Shown: positions 25,256 through 35,237 of the stretch, piece by piece
How the letters are laid out: every line of letters begins with the position of its first letter
Numbering within the stretch: the first letter of the stretch is position 1
Origin: an uncultured Actinomycetes bacterium
GTDB taxonomy: Bacteria > Actinomycetota > Thermoleophilia > Gaiellales > JAICJC01
Direction of reading: 5' to 3'
Assembly (NCBI GenBank): GCA_963843705.1
Contig: CAWJLQ010000005.1
Span: forward strand, 668,552-732,551
DNA length: 64,000 nucleotides
The notes under the pieces: model-generated
Database searches by the model: none
The model's input: only the letters and a program-made list of their open reading frames with translations
What the model was told of the DNA's origin: nothing
Made by a program: the position numbers and the translations under genes

Positions 25256-26485
25256 TTGTCAGGAAAGTTTCCTTACTCTGGTGAGACGGCTCCCGAGTTC
25301 GCCGCCGGAACGCCGAGCCTCCTGCGTGCGATCAACGAGCGCAGCCTGCTCGAGCTGATCCGGCGCGACGGGGCGATGTCGCGGGCGGAGGCCGCCCGCC
25401 GCAGCGGCCTCTCCAAGCCAACCGTCTCCCAGGCGCTGCTCGGTCTCGAGGACGCCGGACTCGTCCACCAGGCCGGCCGGTCGCGCGGCCCCAAGGGGCC
25501 GGGTGCCGTCGTCTACACGCTGAACCCGGAGTCAGGCTGGGTCGTGGGGATCGACGTCGGCAGCCACTGGGTGCGGGCCGCGCTCGCCGACATCACCGGC
25601 ACCGTGCGCGTGCGACACGACGAGCGCACGCTCCGCAGCACCGCCGCGACGGCGGCGCAGATCAGCGCGCTCGCCCATGGGCTGGCGGCCGCGCGCGGCA
25701 TCGCCTGGACGAATGTCACGCACGCCACGGTCGGCCTGCCCGGAGTGCTCGACCCCGGCCGCACGCGGCTTGCCCTGAGCCCCAACCTGCCGGGCGGGAA
25801 GCACGGCCTGGTGGAGGCGATCCGGGCCGAGCTCGGCGACCGGGTGAGCTTCGACAACGACGTGAACCTGGCCGCGCTCGGCGAGCGCGCCCGCGGCCAC
25901 GGCCGCGACGTCGCCAGCTTCGTGCTCCTGTGGGTCGGCACCGGGATCGGCCTCGGGATCGTCGTGGAGGGCCAGCTCTACCGCGGCGCCGCGGGCGCCG
26001 CCGGCGAGATCGCATACCTGCCCGTCGGCCCGGGCGACCCGCACGACCCCGCCTACCGCCGCCGCGGCCAGCTGGAGGAGTCGGCGGCGGCGGCCGCGTT
26101 CGGGCGGCTCGCCCGCGTGCGCGGTCTGCGGCCGGCCAGCCCCAAGGGCGTCTTCGCCGCGGCCCGCCGGGGCGATCGCGACGCCGCCCAGGTGGTCGAG
26201 CTGTTCGCGGGCCGGATCGCACTCGCGATCGCATCGGTCGTGCCGGTGCTCGACCCCGCCCTGGTGATCCTCGGCGGCGGGATCGCCGGGAACGGGGGCG
26301 ACCTGCTGCTGGCCCCGATCGAGCGCGAGCTGCACCGCATCTCGCCGTTCCGGCCGCGCCTGGCCGTCTCGGCGCTCGGCGACGAGGTCGTGCTGCACGG
26401 CGCGGTCGCGACCGCGCTCGCGGCCGCACAGGAGACGCTGTTTTCGCGAATGCCCATCGCCGTTACGGGAGGAGAGGCGAGATGA
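25256..26485 (+). CDS. csnR: ROK-family transcriptional repressor (CsnR-like)
   Basis: wHTH (LLELIRRDGAMSRAEAARRSGLSKPTVSQALLGLEDAGLV) plus a ROK sugar-kinase-like body. Its own start overlaps the palindromic box. TTG start as given in the ORF track (uncertain). Confidence 0.8.
   Translation: MSGKFPYSGETAPEFAAGTPSLLRAINERSLLELIRRDGAMSRAEAARRSGLSKPTVSQALLGLEDAGLVHQAGRSRGPKGPGAVVYTLNPESGWVVGIDVGSHWVRAALADITGTVRVRHDERTLRSTAATAAQISALAHGLAAARGIAWTNVTHATVGLPGVLDPGRTRLALSPNLPGGKHGLVEAIRAELGDRVSFDNDVNLAALGERARGHGRDVASFVLLWVGTGIGLGIVVEGQLYRGAAGAAGEIAYLPVGPGDPHDPAYRRRGQLEESAAAAAFGRLARVRGLRPASPKGVFAAARRGDRDAAQVVELFAGRIALAIASVVPVLDPALVILGGGIAGNGGDLLLAPIERELHRISPFRPRLAVSALGDEVVLHGAVATALAAAQETLFSRMPIAVTGGEAR
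25257..25276 (+). promoter_or_regulatory. CsnR-type operator (AGGAAANTTTCCT palindrome), site 1
   Basis: TGTCAGGAAAGTTTCCTTAC. The 13-nt palindrome lies at 25261-25273, inside codons 2-6 of the ROK gene. It is 18/20 identical to the site at 33886-33905. Confidence 0.65.
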
Positions 26486-27828
26486 GACGATCATGGATGT
26501 TCCTCGGCGCTGCGGCGGTGGCCGCCGTCGCGCTGGCCGCCGGCTGCGGCGGATCGAGCTCGGGAGGCGGATCGAGCTCGGGCGGGGCGCACACGCCCGT
26601 CACGCTGACCGTGTGGCACCAGTACGCCCAGGAGGAGGCCAAGCCCTTCGCGGACGGGATCGCCGCGTTCGAGAAGCAGTACCCGTGGATCCACGTCAAG
26701 CCCGAGCTGCAGCCGAACCCCGACCAGGACACGTTCGACCCCAACCTGATCGCGGCCATCAAGGGCGGGAACGCCCCCGACGTCGCCGTCGGCTTCACGC
26801 CGAGCTATGCCGGCCAGTACTGCTCGAGCGGCCTGTGGGAGGACCTGACGCCCTTCATGCAGAAGGACCACATGTCGATCTCGCAGTTCGCGCCCGCCAC
26901 CCTGAGCTACACCGACATCGGCGGCAAGCAGTGCGCGCTGCCCTCGCTGACCGACGCCTACGGCCTCTACTACAACACCGCCATGTTCAAGAAGGCGGGC
27001 ATCACCAGCCCGCCGCAGACCATGGACGAGCTGGCCGCCGACGCCAAGAAGCTCACGGTGCGCAACCCCGACGGCTCGATCAAGGTGGCCGGGTTCGTGC
27101 CGCTGAACCTGTGGGAGGAGCTCGACATCGCCGACATCGCCCACTCCTACGGGGCGACCTGGTTCGACTCCAGCGGCAAGGCGCAGCTGGCCACCGACCC
27201 GGCCTGGACACAGGCGTTCGAGTGGCAGAAGTCGCTCGTCGACTGGTACGGCTACTCGAACCTGCAGAAGTTCTTCGCGACCTACACGAACTCGGAGTTC
27301 AATCCCACCAACGCGTTCGAGACCGGCAAGGTGGCGATGGTGTTCGACGGTGAGTGGCGCACGGCGTTCATCCGCCGCGAGCACCCGAGCCTCGGCTACG
27401 CGACCGCGCCGTTCCCGGCCGCCGACCCGTCGATCTACGGGTCGGGCCGTGTCGGCGGCACGATCGTCGGCATCCCGCAGGGGACGAAGCACCCGCAGGA
27501 GGCCTGGGATCTGGTCAAGTTCCTGGCCACCGACACGAACTACCTCGTGTCGCTCGCGAACAACCTCGGCAACGTGCCCACGACGACCGCCTCCGGCGAT
27601 TCTCCCAAGCTGAACCTGGGGCCGCAGTTCCAGACGTTCGTCAAGGTGTGGAACAACCCGAAGTCGTCGTTCTACCCGCCGCTCCTGCCGACGGGCGCCG
27701 GCTACGCCCAGCTGGTGGATGACTTCGACGCCAAGTGGCAGGCCGGCAACATCTCCGACCTGCAGCAGGGCCTGCAGCAGCTCGACACCAACATCGACAA
27801 CCAGATCGCGCAGGGGCAGACGCCGTAG
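26482..27828 (+). CDS. Carbohydrate ABC transporter substrate-binding lipoprotein (family 1, CsnE/NgcE-like)
   Basis: ATGA overlap with the ROK gene, GGAGGAGAGG upstream, lipobox LAAGC, GGSS linker, SBP_bac_1-type sequence. Confidence 0.9.
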   Translation: MRRSWMFLGAAAVAAVALAAGCGGSSSGGGSSSGGAHTPVTLTVWHQYAQEEAKPFADGIAAFEKQYPWIHVKPELQPNPDQDTFDPNLIAAIKGGNAPDVAVGFTPSYAGQYCSSGLWEDLTPFMQKDHMSISQFAPATLSYTDIGGKQCALPSLTDAYGLYYNTAMFKKAGITSPPQTMDELAADAKKLTVRNPDGSIKVAGFVPLNLWEELDIADIAHSYGATWFDSSGKAQLATDPAWTQAFEWQKSLVDWYGYSNLQKFFATYTNSEFNPTNAFETGKVAMVFDGEWRTAFIRREHPSLGYATAPFPAADPSIYGSGRVGGTIVGIPQGTKHPQEAWDLVKFLATDTNYLVSLANNLGNVPTTTASGDSPKLNLGPQFQTFVKVWNNPKSSFYPPLLPTGAGYAQLVDDFDAKWQAGNISDLQQGLQQLDTNIDNQIAQGQTP

Positions 27829-27908
27829 ACGTCCCCGTCCAGCCCACGGCGGCCGCCGCCGTCCCGACCCGCACGCCGGCCGAGCGCCGGCGTGCGCGGC
27901 GGCGGGCG

Positions 27909-28835
27909 ATGCTCGGCCGGTACGCGACGGTGCTCGTCTTCCTGTCGCCGTGGATCGTCGGCTTCACGCTGTTCACCGCGTGGCCGATGCTGCTCAGCCT
28001 CTACTACTCGTTCACCCACTACGACCTGCTCACGGCGCCCAGCTGGGTCGGCCTCGACAACTACCGGTTCATGTTCGGGGTCGGGACGATCCACGGCCGG
28101 CACGAGGCCGACCCGTACTTCTGGCGGGCGGTCCGCAACACCGCCTGGATCATCGCCGTGTCGGTGCCGCTGCGGATCGTGGTCGCCATGCTGACGGCGA
28201 TGCTGCTGACACGGCCGAAGCGGGGCGTGAACGTCTACCGGACGCTCTTCTTCATGCCGTCGCTCGCGCCGACGGTGGGCAGCGCGCTCGTCTTCGTCTA
28301 CCTCCTGAACCCCACCACCGGGCCGGTCAACCAGGTGCTCTCCCGCATCCCCGGCCTGAACGCGCCGCTCTGGTTCTACGACCCGGCCTGGGCCAAGCCG
28401 GCGCTGATCGTGCTCGGCCTGTGGGGCATCGGCGACGCGATCGTGATCTACCTGGCCGGGCTGCTGGACGTGCCCCGCGACCTGTACGAGGCCATCTCGA
28501 TCGAGGGCGCGAACGCCTGGCAGCGGTTCCGCCACGTGACGCTGCCGATGATCACGCCGGTCATCTTCTTCACGCTCGTGATCGGGGTGATCGACGGGTT
28601 CCAGTACTTCGACCAGGCGTTCGTGTCCTCGACCACCGCCGGCACCGCGCCGGGCGATCCGCAGGGCTCGCTGCTCTTCTACGGCGTCTGGCTCTACCAG
28701 CAGGCGTTCACCTACTTCCACATGGGCTACGCGGCGGCGATGGCGTGGGTGCTCTTCATCGCCACGATGGCGACCACCGCGCTGCTCTTCCTATCGGCGC
28801 GCCGGTGGGTGCACTACCGCGGAGGTGCGTCGTAG
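27909..28835 (+). CDS. Carbohydrate ABC transporter permease (MalF/UgpA type)
   Basis: ATG 27909 lies inside ORF 27735..28835. LVFLSPWIVGFTLFTAWP and the EAA-loop region YEAISIEGANAWQRFRHVTLP are present. Confidence 0.85.
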   Translation: MLGRYATVLVFLSPWIVGFTLFTAWPMLLSLYYSFTHYDLLTAPSWVGLDNYRFMFGVGTIHGRHEADPYFWRAVRNTAWIIAVSVPLRIVVAMLTAMLLTRPKRGVNVYRTLFFMPSLAPTVGSALVFVYLLNPTTGPVNQVLSRIPGLNAPLWFYDPAWAKPALIVLGLWGIGDAIVIYLAGLLDVPRDLYEAISIEGANAWQRFRHVTLPMITPVIFFTLVIGVIDGFQYFDQAFVSSTTAGTAPGDPQGSLLFYGVWLYQQAFTYFHMGYAAAMAWVLFIATMATTALLFLSARRWVHYRGGAS

Positions 28836-28870
28836 CCGCCGCCGTCCAGGAGCGCCGCCTGCCGCCGGCC

Positions 28871-29719
28871 GTGCGCCGCAAGCGCATGCTCGTCGCGGTG
28901 GCGAACCACGCCGTCCTGATCTCGGTCTCGCTCGCGTTCGCGGTGCCGGTGCTCTTCATGTTCCTGACCGCGCTCATGAGCGACCAGCAGGCGCTCTCGG
29001 CGCGGCTGATCCCACACCCGTTCGTGTGGTCGAACTTCCGCACCGTGTTCTCGAGCATCGACCTGCCCCGCTACACCTGGAACTCGTTCCTCTACGCCGG
29101 CCTCTCGACGGTGGGCGTCGTGCTCTCCTCCGTGCCGGTCGCCTACGCCTTCTCGCGCATCGAGTGGCGCGGCCGCCAGGTGGTGCTCCTGCTCGTGCTG
29201 GCCACGCTGATGCTGCCGCCGCAGGTGACCTCGGTGCCGCTCTACATCCTGTGGTCGAAGCAGTACCACGACTGGACCGGGATCCAGTTCATCGGCACGC
29301 TGAAGCCGCTCATCATCCCCAACTTCTTCGGCGACGCGTTCTCGATCTTCCTCCTGCGCCAGTTCTTCCTGACGATCCCGAAGGAGCTCACCGACGCGGT
29401 GCGCGTCGACGGCGGCGGCCACCTGCAGATCCTGTGGCGGGTGATGATCCCGCTCGCCAAGCCGGCGATCGCGGCCGTGGCGCTCTTCAACTTCATCTAC
29501 TCGTGGAACGACTTCTACGGGCCGCTCGTCTACCTGGCCGGCAACCCCAGCTCGCAGACGCTCTCGGTCGCGCTGGCGTCGTTCCGCACCGTCCACCACG
29601 TCGACTGGAACCTGACGATGGCGGCGGCGCTGATCTTCATGCTGCCGGTGATCGTGATCTTCTTCCTCGCCCAGCGGGTGTTCATCGAGGGCATCACGCT
29701 GACGGGCGTGAAGGGGTAG
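28871..29719 (+). CDS. Carbohydrate ABC transporter permease (MalG/UgpE type)
   Basis: In-frame GTG 28871 (alternative ATG 28886) inside ORF 27719..29719. EAA loop: LTDAVRVDGGGHLQILWRVMIPLAKP. Confidence 0.85.
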   Translation: MRRKRMLVAVANHAVLISVSLAFAVPVLFMFLTALMSDQQALSARLIPHPFVWSNFRTVFSSIDLPRYTWNSFLYAGLSTVGVVLSSVPVAYAFSRIEWRGRQVVLLLVLATLMLPPQVTSVPLYILWSKQYHDWTGIQFIGTLKPLIIPNFFGDAFSIFLLRQFFLTIPKELTDAVRVDGGGHLQILWRVMIPLAKPAIAAVALFNFIYSWNDFYGPLVYLAGNPSSQTLSVALASFRTVHHVDWNLTMAAALIFMLPVIVIFFLAQRVFIEGITLTGVKG

Positions 29720-29744
29720 GCGGCGCCCCGGCCGCCGCCGTAGA

Positions 29745-30049
29745 GTGGCGACCGGTGATCGCGATCCTGACCACGATCGCGCCGCTCGCGCTGTTCCTCG
29801 GCGTGTGGTGGGTGCTCGTCACGGCAACGCGACGACGGCAGTCGCGCGGTCGGTCGGTGCCGAACCCGACGCCGCACTGCGCCTCGGCGTCGTCCTCCTG
29901 CTCGGGGGCATGACATTGGCAGCAGGCGGCCTCGTCGCGGGAAGCGGTCAGGCGGCGGCAGCCGGATTCGCGTTCGCAGCGGTGCAGGCCGCCGTCCTTG
30001 TGATCAGACGCAGACGCGGACGCGCCGCCGCCCCGGCCGGTAGAGGCCG

Positions 30050-30053
<4 letters not shown>
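29745..30053 (+). CDS. Possible small membrane protein; reading frame ambiguous
   Basis: Codon bias favours frame 1 ([24 protein letters not shown]) up to about 29825, then the frame of ORF 29745..30053 ([22 protein letters not shown]...). The gene model is not resolved. Confidence 0.2.
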
Positions 30054-31243
<1,190 letters not shown>

Positions 31244-31252
31244 GGCTCCTCC

Positions 31253-32260
31253 TCAGGGTACCGTGCCGTCCGCCGCGAACCGGGACGCGACCAGGCCGGC
31301 ACGGACACGGTCGGCCGCGCCGTCGGCCACGGCCAGCTGGTCGAGCGCGAGCAGCGCCGCGCCGACCACCGGCGGCTCGTCGACGACCGCGATGCGCACG
31401 TCCGGCGCGCATGCCTCCACCACCGTCTCGAGCCGGCGCATGAAGACCGGGCTGCGCGCCCTGGCGACGCCTCCGCCGAGGACGACGTCCGCGTCCGAGC
31501 GCCGCAGGCGTAGGCGCCGCAGGGCCGTGTTCACGAGCACCGCAGCCTCGTCCGCCTGCCGCTCGACGATGGCCGCGGCGACGGCGTCGCCGTCGTTGGC
31601 GGCGCCGAGCACGGTCGGCGAGAGCTCGTACAGGCGCGACTCGTCCAGCCTGCCGGTGTGCAGGCCGACCATCACCTGGCGCGGCGTGCGCAGGCCGAAG
31701 AACGCGGGCACGGCGCGCTCGAGGGCGGTGTGCGGCCCGCGGCCGTCACCCGCCTTCACGCACGCGCCGACCGCGGCGATGCCGATCTCCTGGCCTCCGC
31801 CCGAGTCGCCCGAGATCGGACCGAGCGCCGGGAAGCGCACGACGCGGCCGTCCGGCCCGACGCCGGTCGCGTTGAAACCGGCCCCGCAGACGACCGCCAC
31901 CCCCCAGCCCCGCGGCGCGCCGGCCCGCAGCACCGCGAAGGTGTCGTTGCGCAGGAGCGGGTCGGAGACGAGCCCCAGCCTGCGCAGGGAGCGCAGTATG
32001 CGGCGGTCGTCGGCGGGCAGGTCGGCCCCGGCGAGGCAGAAGACGCCCACGTCGGCGACCGGCCCGCCTCCGATCCCGGCCGCATCCGCCGCCGCCCGCA
32101 CGGAGGCATCCAGATCGGCGATCGAACGGTCGTGGGCGAGCGGCGTGAACGACGCCCCGGGCCCCCGGAACGTGCCGAGGACACGGCCGGCGTCGTCGAG
32201 GATGGCGACGTCGGTCTTCGAGTTGCCGCCGTCGACGGCGAGGACGCTGCGGCCGCTCAC
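31253..32260 (-). CDS. BadF/BadG/BcrA/BcrD-type ATPase (N-acetylglucosamine/glucosamine kinase-like)
   Basis: GTG 32260 (GTGA overlap with the upstream gene). VLAVDGGNSKTDVAILD...VVCGAGFNATG...VVLGGGVA. Confidence 0.8.
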   Translation of the reverse strand: MSGRSVLAVDGGNSKTDVAILDDAGRVLGTFRGPGASFTPLAHDRSIADLDASVRAAADAAGIGGGPVADVGVFCLAGADLPADDRRILRSLRRLGLVSDPLLRNDTFAVLRAGAPRGWGVAVVCGAGFNATGVGPDGRVVRFPALGPISGDSGGGQEIGIAAVGACVKAGDGRGPHTALERAVPAFFGLRTPRQVMVGLHTGRLDESRLYELSPTVLGAANDGDAVAAAIVERQADEAAVLVNTALRRLRLRRSDADVVLGGGVARARSPVFMRRLETVVEACAPDVRIAVVDEPPVVGAALLALDQLAVADGAADRVRAGLVASRFAADGTVP

Positions 32261-32859
32261 GCGGCCACCTCGTCGAGCCGGACGGGCCGGGCGCCGGAGT
32301 CGCGCAGCCGCCGCAGGATCGCGGGGAGCGCCGCGATCGTGGCCGGCGGCCAGCTGTGCAGGAGGACGACCGCGCCGTCGCCATGGGCGAGGGCGCCGTC
32401 GACCACCAGCCGCTCCAGGTCGGCGGGCGTGCGCTCGGGCCTCCAGTCGTCCGGCTCCACGTCCCAGTGGTGATTGCGGTAGCCCGCCCGCTCGACCGCC
32501 GCGAGCACACGGGGATCGTCGCGGCCGGCCCCGAACGGGCACCGGAACCACGGCCGCGGGTCGGCGCCGGCGAGCGTGCGGATCGCATCCTCGGCCCGGC
32601 GCAGGTCCTCCGCGATGCCCGCGTCGGTCAGCAGCGTCATCGGCGCGTGATGGTGGGAGTGGTTGCCGACCAGGTGGCCGGCGACGGCGATCCGGCGGGC
32701 GCACTCGGGGTAGGCCGTCGCCCACCGTCCCTGCACGAAGAACGTGGCGCGCACGCCCTCCCCGGCGAGCACGTCCAGGATGCGCTCCTGCACGTCGGGT
32801 CGCGAGGGGTGGCTCCAGTGCTCCGTGTCGAACGTGAGCGCGACCCGCGGGCTACTCAT
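32257..32859 (-). CDS. Polysaccharide deacetylase (NodB homology domain, CE4)
   Basis: LTFDTEHW...ATFFVQG...GHLVGNHSHHH...RCPFG...VLLH are NodB motifs 1-5. Confidence 0.85.
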   Translation of the reverse strand: MSSPRVALTFDTEHWSHPSRPDVQERILDVLAGEGVRATFFVQGRWATAYPECARRIAVAGHLVGNHSHHHAPMTLLTDAGIAEDLRRAEDAIRTLAGADPRPWFRCPFGAGRDDPRVLAAVERAGYRNHHWDVEPDDWRPERTPADLERLVVDGALAHGDGAVVLLHSWPPATIAALPAILRRLRDSGARPVRLDEVAA

Positions 32860-33913
32860 GCGTCGTCACCTTCGAGGCGATCGTATAGGTGCCCGGATCG
32901 AGGCCACGGCTGCGCGCCAGCGCCCACGAGAGCAGCTGGACCGGCACGATCGCCACGGCCGAGGCGATCCCCGCGGCGACGTCGCCGGTCGCGATCCCGG
33001 TGGCGCCGTCGGGGGCGCGGCCGTCCGGGCCGATCACGAGCACGGCCGCGCCCGCCCGGACGAGGTCGCCCGCAAGGCCGAGGTCGAGCTCGAGCGTGCG
33101 CCGCTCGGACGCGAAGACGACGGCGGCGAGCCCCGGCCCCGCCAGCTCCAGCGGGCCGTGCCGGAACTGGGCCGACTGGAGCGACTCCGCCGGGAACCGC
33201 GCCGCCTCCTTGAGCGTGAGGGCGGCCATCTCGGCCGCGGCGCGCGACTCCCCCCGACCGAGCAGCGCCAGCATCGGCCGGTCGCCGAGCCATGCCTCGA
33301 GATCGCGGGCGCTGCGCTCGGCACCGGCCGTCAGCCGCTCGACCGCGGCGGCCGCCGCCTCCGTGTCGCCCGCCGCGATCGGCGGGTGACCCGCCAGCGC
33401 CCGTGCGACGGCCGCCATCACGACCAGGGTGGCGGCGAACGTCATCGTGGAGGGCCCATGCTCCTCGCCGCCGCGGGTGTCGAGCGTCAGGTCGGCGAGG
33501 CCGGCGAGCGTGTTCTCACGGCCGTTCGTGACGGCGGCGATGAACGGCCGGCGGGCGCGGGCGCGCAGCTCGCGGGCGGCGCGCACCGTCTCGGCGCTCT
33601 CACCCGACTGGCTCACGCAGACGAGCAGCGTGCGGTCGTCGAGCGCGTCGAGGCGGAAGTGCAGCAGCTCGGCCGCGTCGACCATGGTCGCCATGACACC
33701 CGCCGAGGCGAGCATGGTGGCGGCCGGGTAGCAGGCGTCGTAGGAGCTGCCCATGCCGGTCAGGACGACGCGTCCGCGGCGGCCGAGCTCCTGCCGCAGG
33801 CGGCCGAGGCGGCCGTCCTGCTCGGCCGCGGCGGCGGCGGCCCGCCGGATCGCCCCGGGCTGGCCGGCGATCTCGGCCAGAAATGTGTCAGGAAACTTTC
33901 CTAACGAATGCAC
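32852..33913 (-). CDS. Two-SIS-domain sugar-phosphate isomerase/deaminase (GlmS-isomerase-domain-like)
   Basis: VVLTGMGSSYDA...LLVCVSQSGESAETV...FIAAVTNGRENTLA. Start set at GTG 33913 (VHSLGKFPDTFLAEIAG). The ORF extends to 33982, but that would overlap the divergent gene. Confidence 0.75.
   Translation of the reverse strand: MHSLGKFPDTFLAEIAGQPGAIRRAAAAAAEQDGRLGRLRQELGRRGRVVLTGMGSSYDACYPAATMLASAGVMATMVDAAELLHFRLDALDDRTLLVCVSQSGESAETVRAARELRARARRPFIAAVTNGRENTLAGLADLTLDTRGGEEHGPSTMTFAATLVVMAAVARALAGHPPIAAGDTEAAAAAVERLTAGAERSARDLEAWLGDRPMLALLGRGESRAAAEMAALTLKEAARFPAESLQSAQFRHGPLELAGPGLAAVVFASERRTLELDLGLAGDLVRAGAAVLVIGPDGRAPDGATGIATGDVAAGIASAVAIVPVQLLSWALARSRGLDPGTYTIASKVTTHE
33886..33905 (-). 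promoter_or_regulatory. CsnR-type operator, site 2
   Basis: Plus strand reads TGTCAGGAAACTTTCCTAAC. The palindrome AGGAAACTTTCCT lies at 33890-33902, inside codons 4-8 of the SIS gene and about 25 nt upstream of the GH4 -10 element. Confidence 0.65.
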
Positions 33914-33920
33914 GGGCGAT

Positions 33921-33930
33921 AGATTACAAT
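33921..33930. promoter_or_regulatory. Overlapping divergent -10 elements (leaderless-type promoters)
   Basis: AGATTACAAT: TACAAT is 8 nt before GTG 33939 (GH4 gene), and TAATCT on the other strand is 7 nt before GTG 33913 (SIS gene). Confidence 0.45.
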
Positions 33931-33938
33931 CTCTCGCC

Positions 33939-35228
33939 GTGGATGGAAACCCCAGGATCGCGGTCATCGGCGCGGGGAGCACCTACACGCCGGAGCTGAT
34001 CGAGGGGCTGGGGCTGCGGGCCGAGCGGCTGGGGATCCGCGCGATCGCGCTGCACGACATCGACCAGGGACGGCTGGACGTCGTCGGCGGCCTGGCCGAC
34101 CGGATCCTGCGCCGCCAGGGCTATGCGGGCGAGCTCGTCCGCACGACCGACCGGCGCCGCGCGATCGACGGCGCGGCGTTCGTGCTCGTCCAGCTCCGCG
34201 TCGGCGGCCTGGCCGCCCGCCTGAAGGACGAGACGATTCCGGCCCGGTTCGGGTGCATCGGGCAGGAGACCACCGGCGCGGGCGGCTTCGCCAAGGCGCT
34301 GCGCACCGTGCCGGTGGTGCTCGGCATCGCCGACGACATGCGCGCGGTGGGCGCCGGCGGCGCCTGGCTGCTCGACTTCACCAACCCCGCCGGCCTGGTC
34401 GCCCAGGCACTGATCGACCACGGCCACCGCGCGATCGGCCTGTGCAACATCCCGATCGGGTTCCAGCGCCAGCTGGCCGACCGGCTCGGGGTCGAGCCGG
34501 CGCAGGTGGAGCTCGAGCACGTCGGCCTGAACCACCTCTCGTGGGAGCGGGGCGTGCACGTCGACGGCGTCGACCGGCTGCCGGGGCTGATCGAGACGTT
34601 CGCCGACCAGCTCGGCGAGGACGTCGAGCTGCCGGGCGACCTGATCCGCCTCGTCGGCGCGATCCCGTCCTACTACCTGCGCTACTTCTACCTGACCGGG
34701 CGCGCGCTCGAGGAGCAGGCGACACACCCGACGCGTGCGTCCGAGGTGATGCGGATCGAGGCCGAGCTGCTCGAGATGTACCGCGACCCGGCCCTCGACG
34801 TGAAGCCGAAGCTGCTCGAGCAGCGCGGCGGCGCCTTCTACTCCGAGGCGGCGGCGATGCTGCTCGAGTCGCTCGCGACCGACCGCGGCGACACGCAGGT
34901 CGTGAACGTGCGCAACGGCGGCGCCATCCCCAACCTCGCCGGCGACGCCGTCGTCGAGGTGCCGTGCGTCATCGACGCCGCCGGCGCGCAGCCGAAGCCG
35001 CAGCGGCCGCTGCCGCCGGAGATGCTCGGCGTGGTCGAGCAGGTCAAGGCGTACGAGCGGCTGACGGTCGCCGCCGCGGTGTCGGGCGATCGCGACCTGG
35101 CGCTGAAGGCGCTGATGGCCAACCCGCTGGTCGCGAGCTACGACACGGCGGTGCCGCTCCTGGAGGCGCTGCTCGACGCCCACCGCGAGCACCTGCCCCG
35201 GTTCTTCGCCCGGCCGGCGCCTCGATAA
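33939..35228 (+). CDS. Glycoside hydrolase family 4 (6-phospho-beta-glucosidase / ChbF-CelF-like)
   Basis: GTG 33939. RIAVIGAGSTYTPELIEG is the NAD-binding N-terminus. GCIGQETTGAGGFAKALRT, NFTNPAG, GLCNIP and LNHLSW are GH4 hallmarks. Confidence 0.88.
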   Translation: MDGNPRIAVIGAGSTYTPELIEGLGLRAERLGIRAIALHDIDQGRLDVVGGLADRILRRQGYAGELVRTTDRRRAIDGAAFVLVQLRVGGLAARLKDETIPARFGCIGQETTGAGGFAKALRTVPVVLGIADDMRAVGAGGAWLLDFTNPAGLVAQALIDHGHRAIGLCNIPIGFQRQLADRLGVEPAQVELEHVGLNHLSWERGVHVDGVDRLPGLIETFADQLGEDVELPGDLIRLVGAIPSYYLRYFYLTGRALEEQATHPTRASEVMRIEAELLEMYRDPALDVKPKLLEQRGGAFYSEAAAMLLESLATDRGDTQVVNVRNGGAIPNLAGDAVVEVPCVIDAAGAQPKPQRPLPPEMLGVVEQVKAYERLTVAAAVSGDRDLALKALMANPLVASYDTAVPLLEALLDAHREHLPRFFARPAPR

Positions 35229-35237
35229 GCTCCGGGC

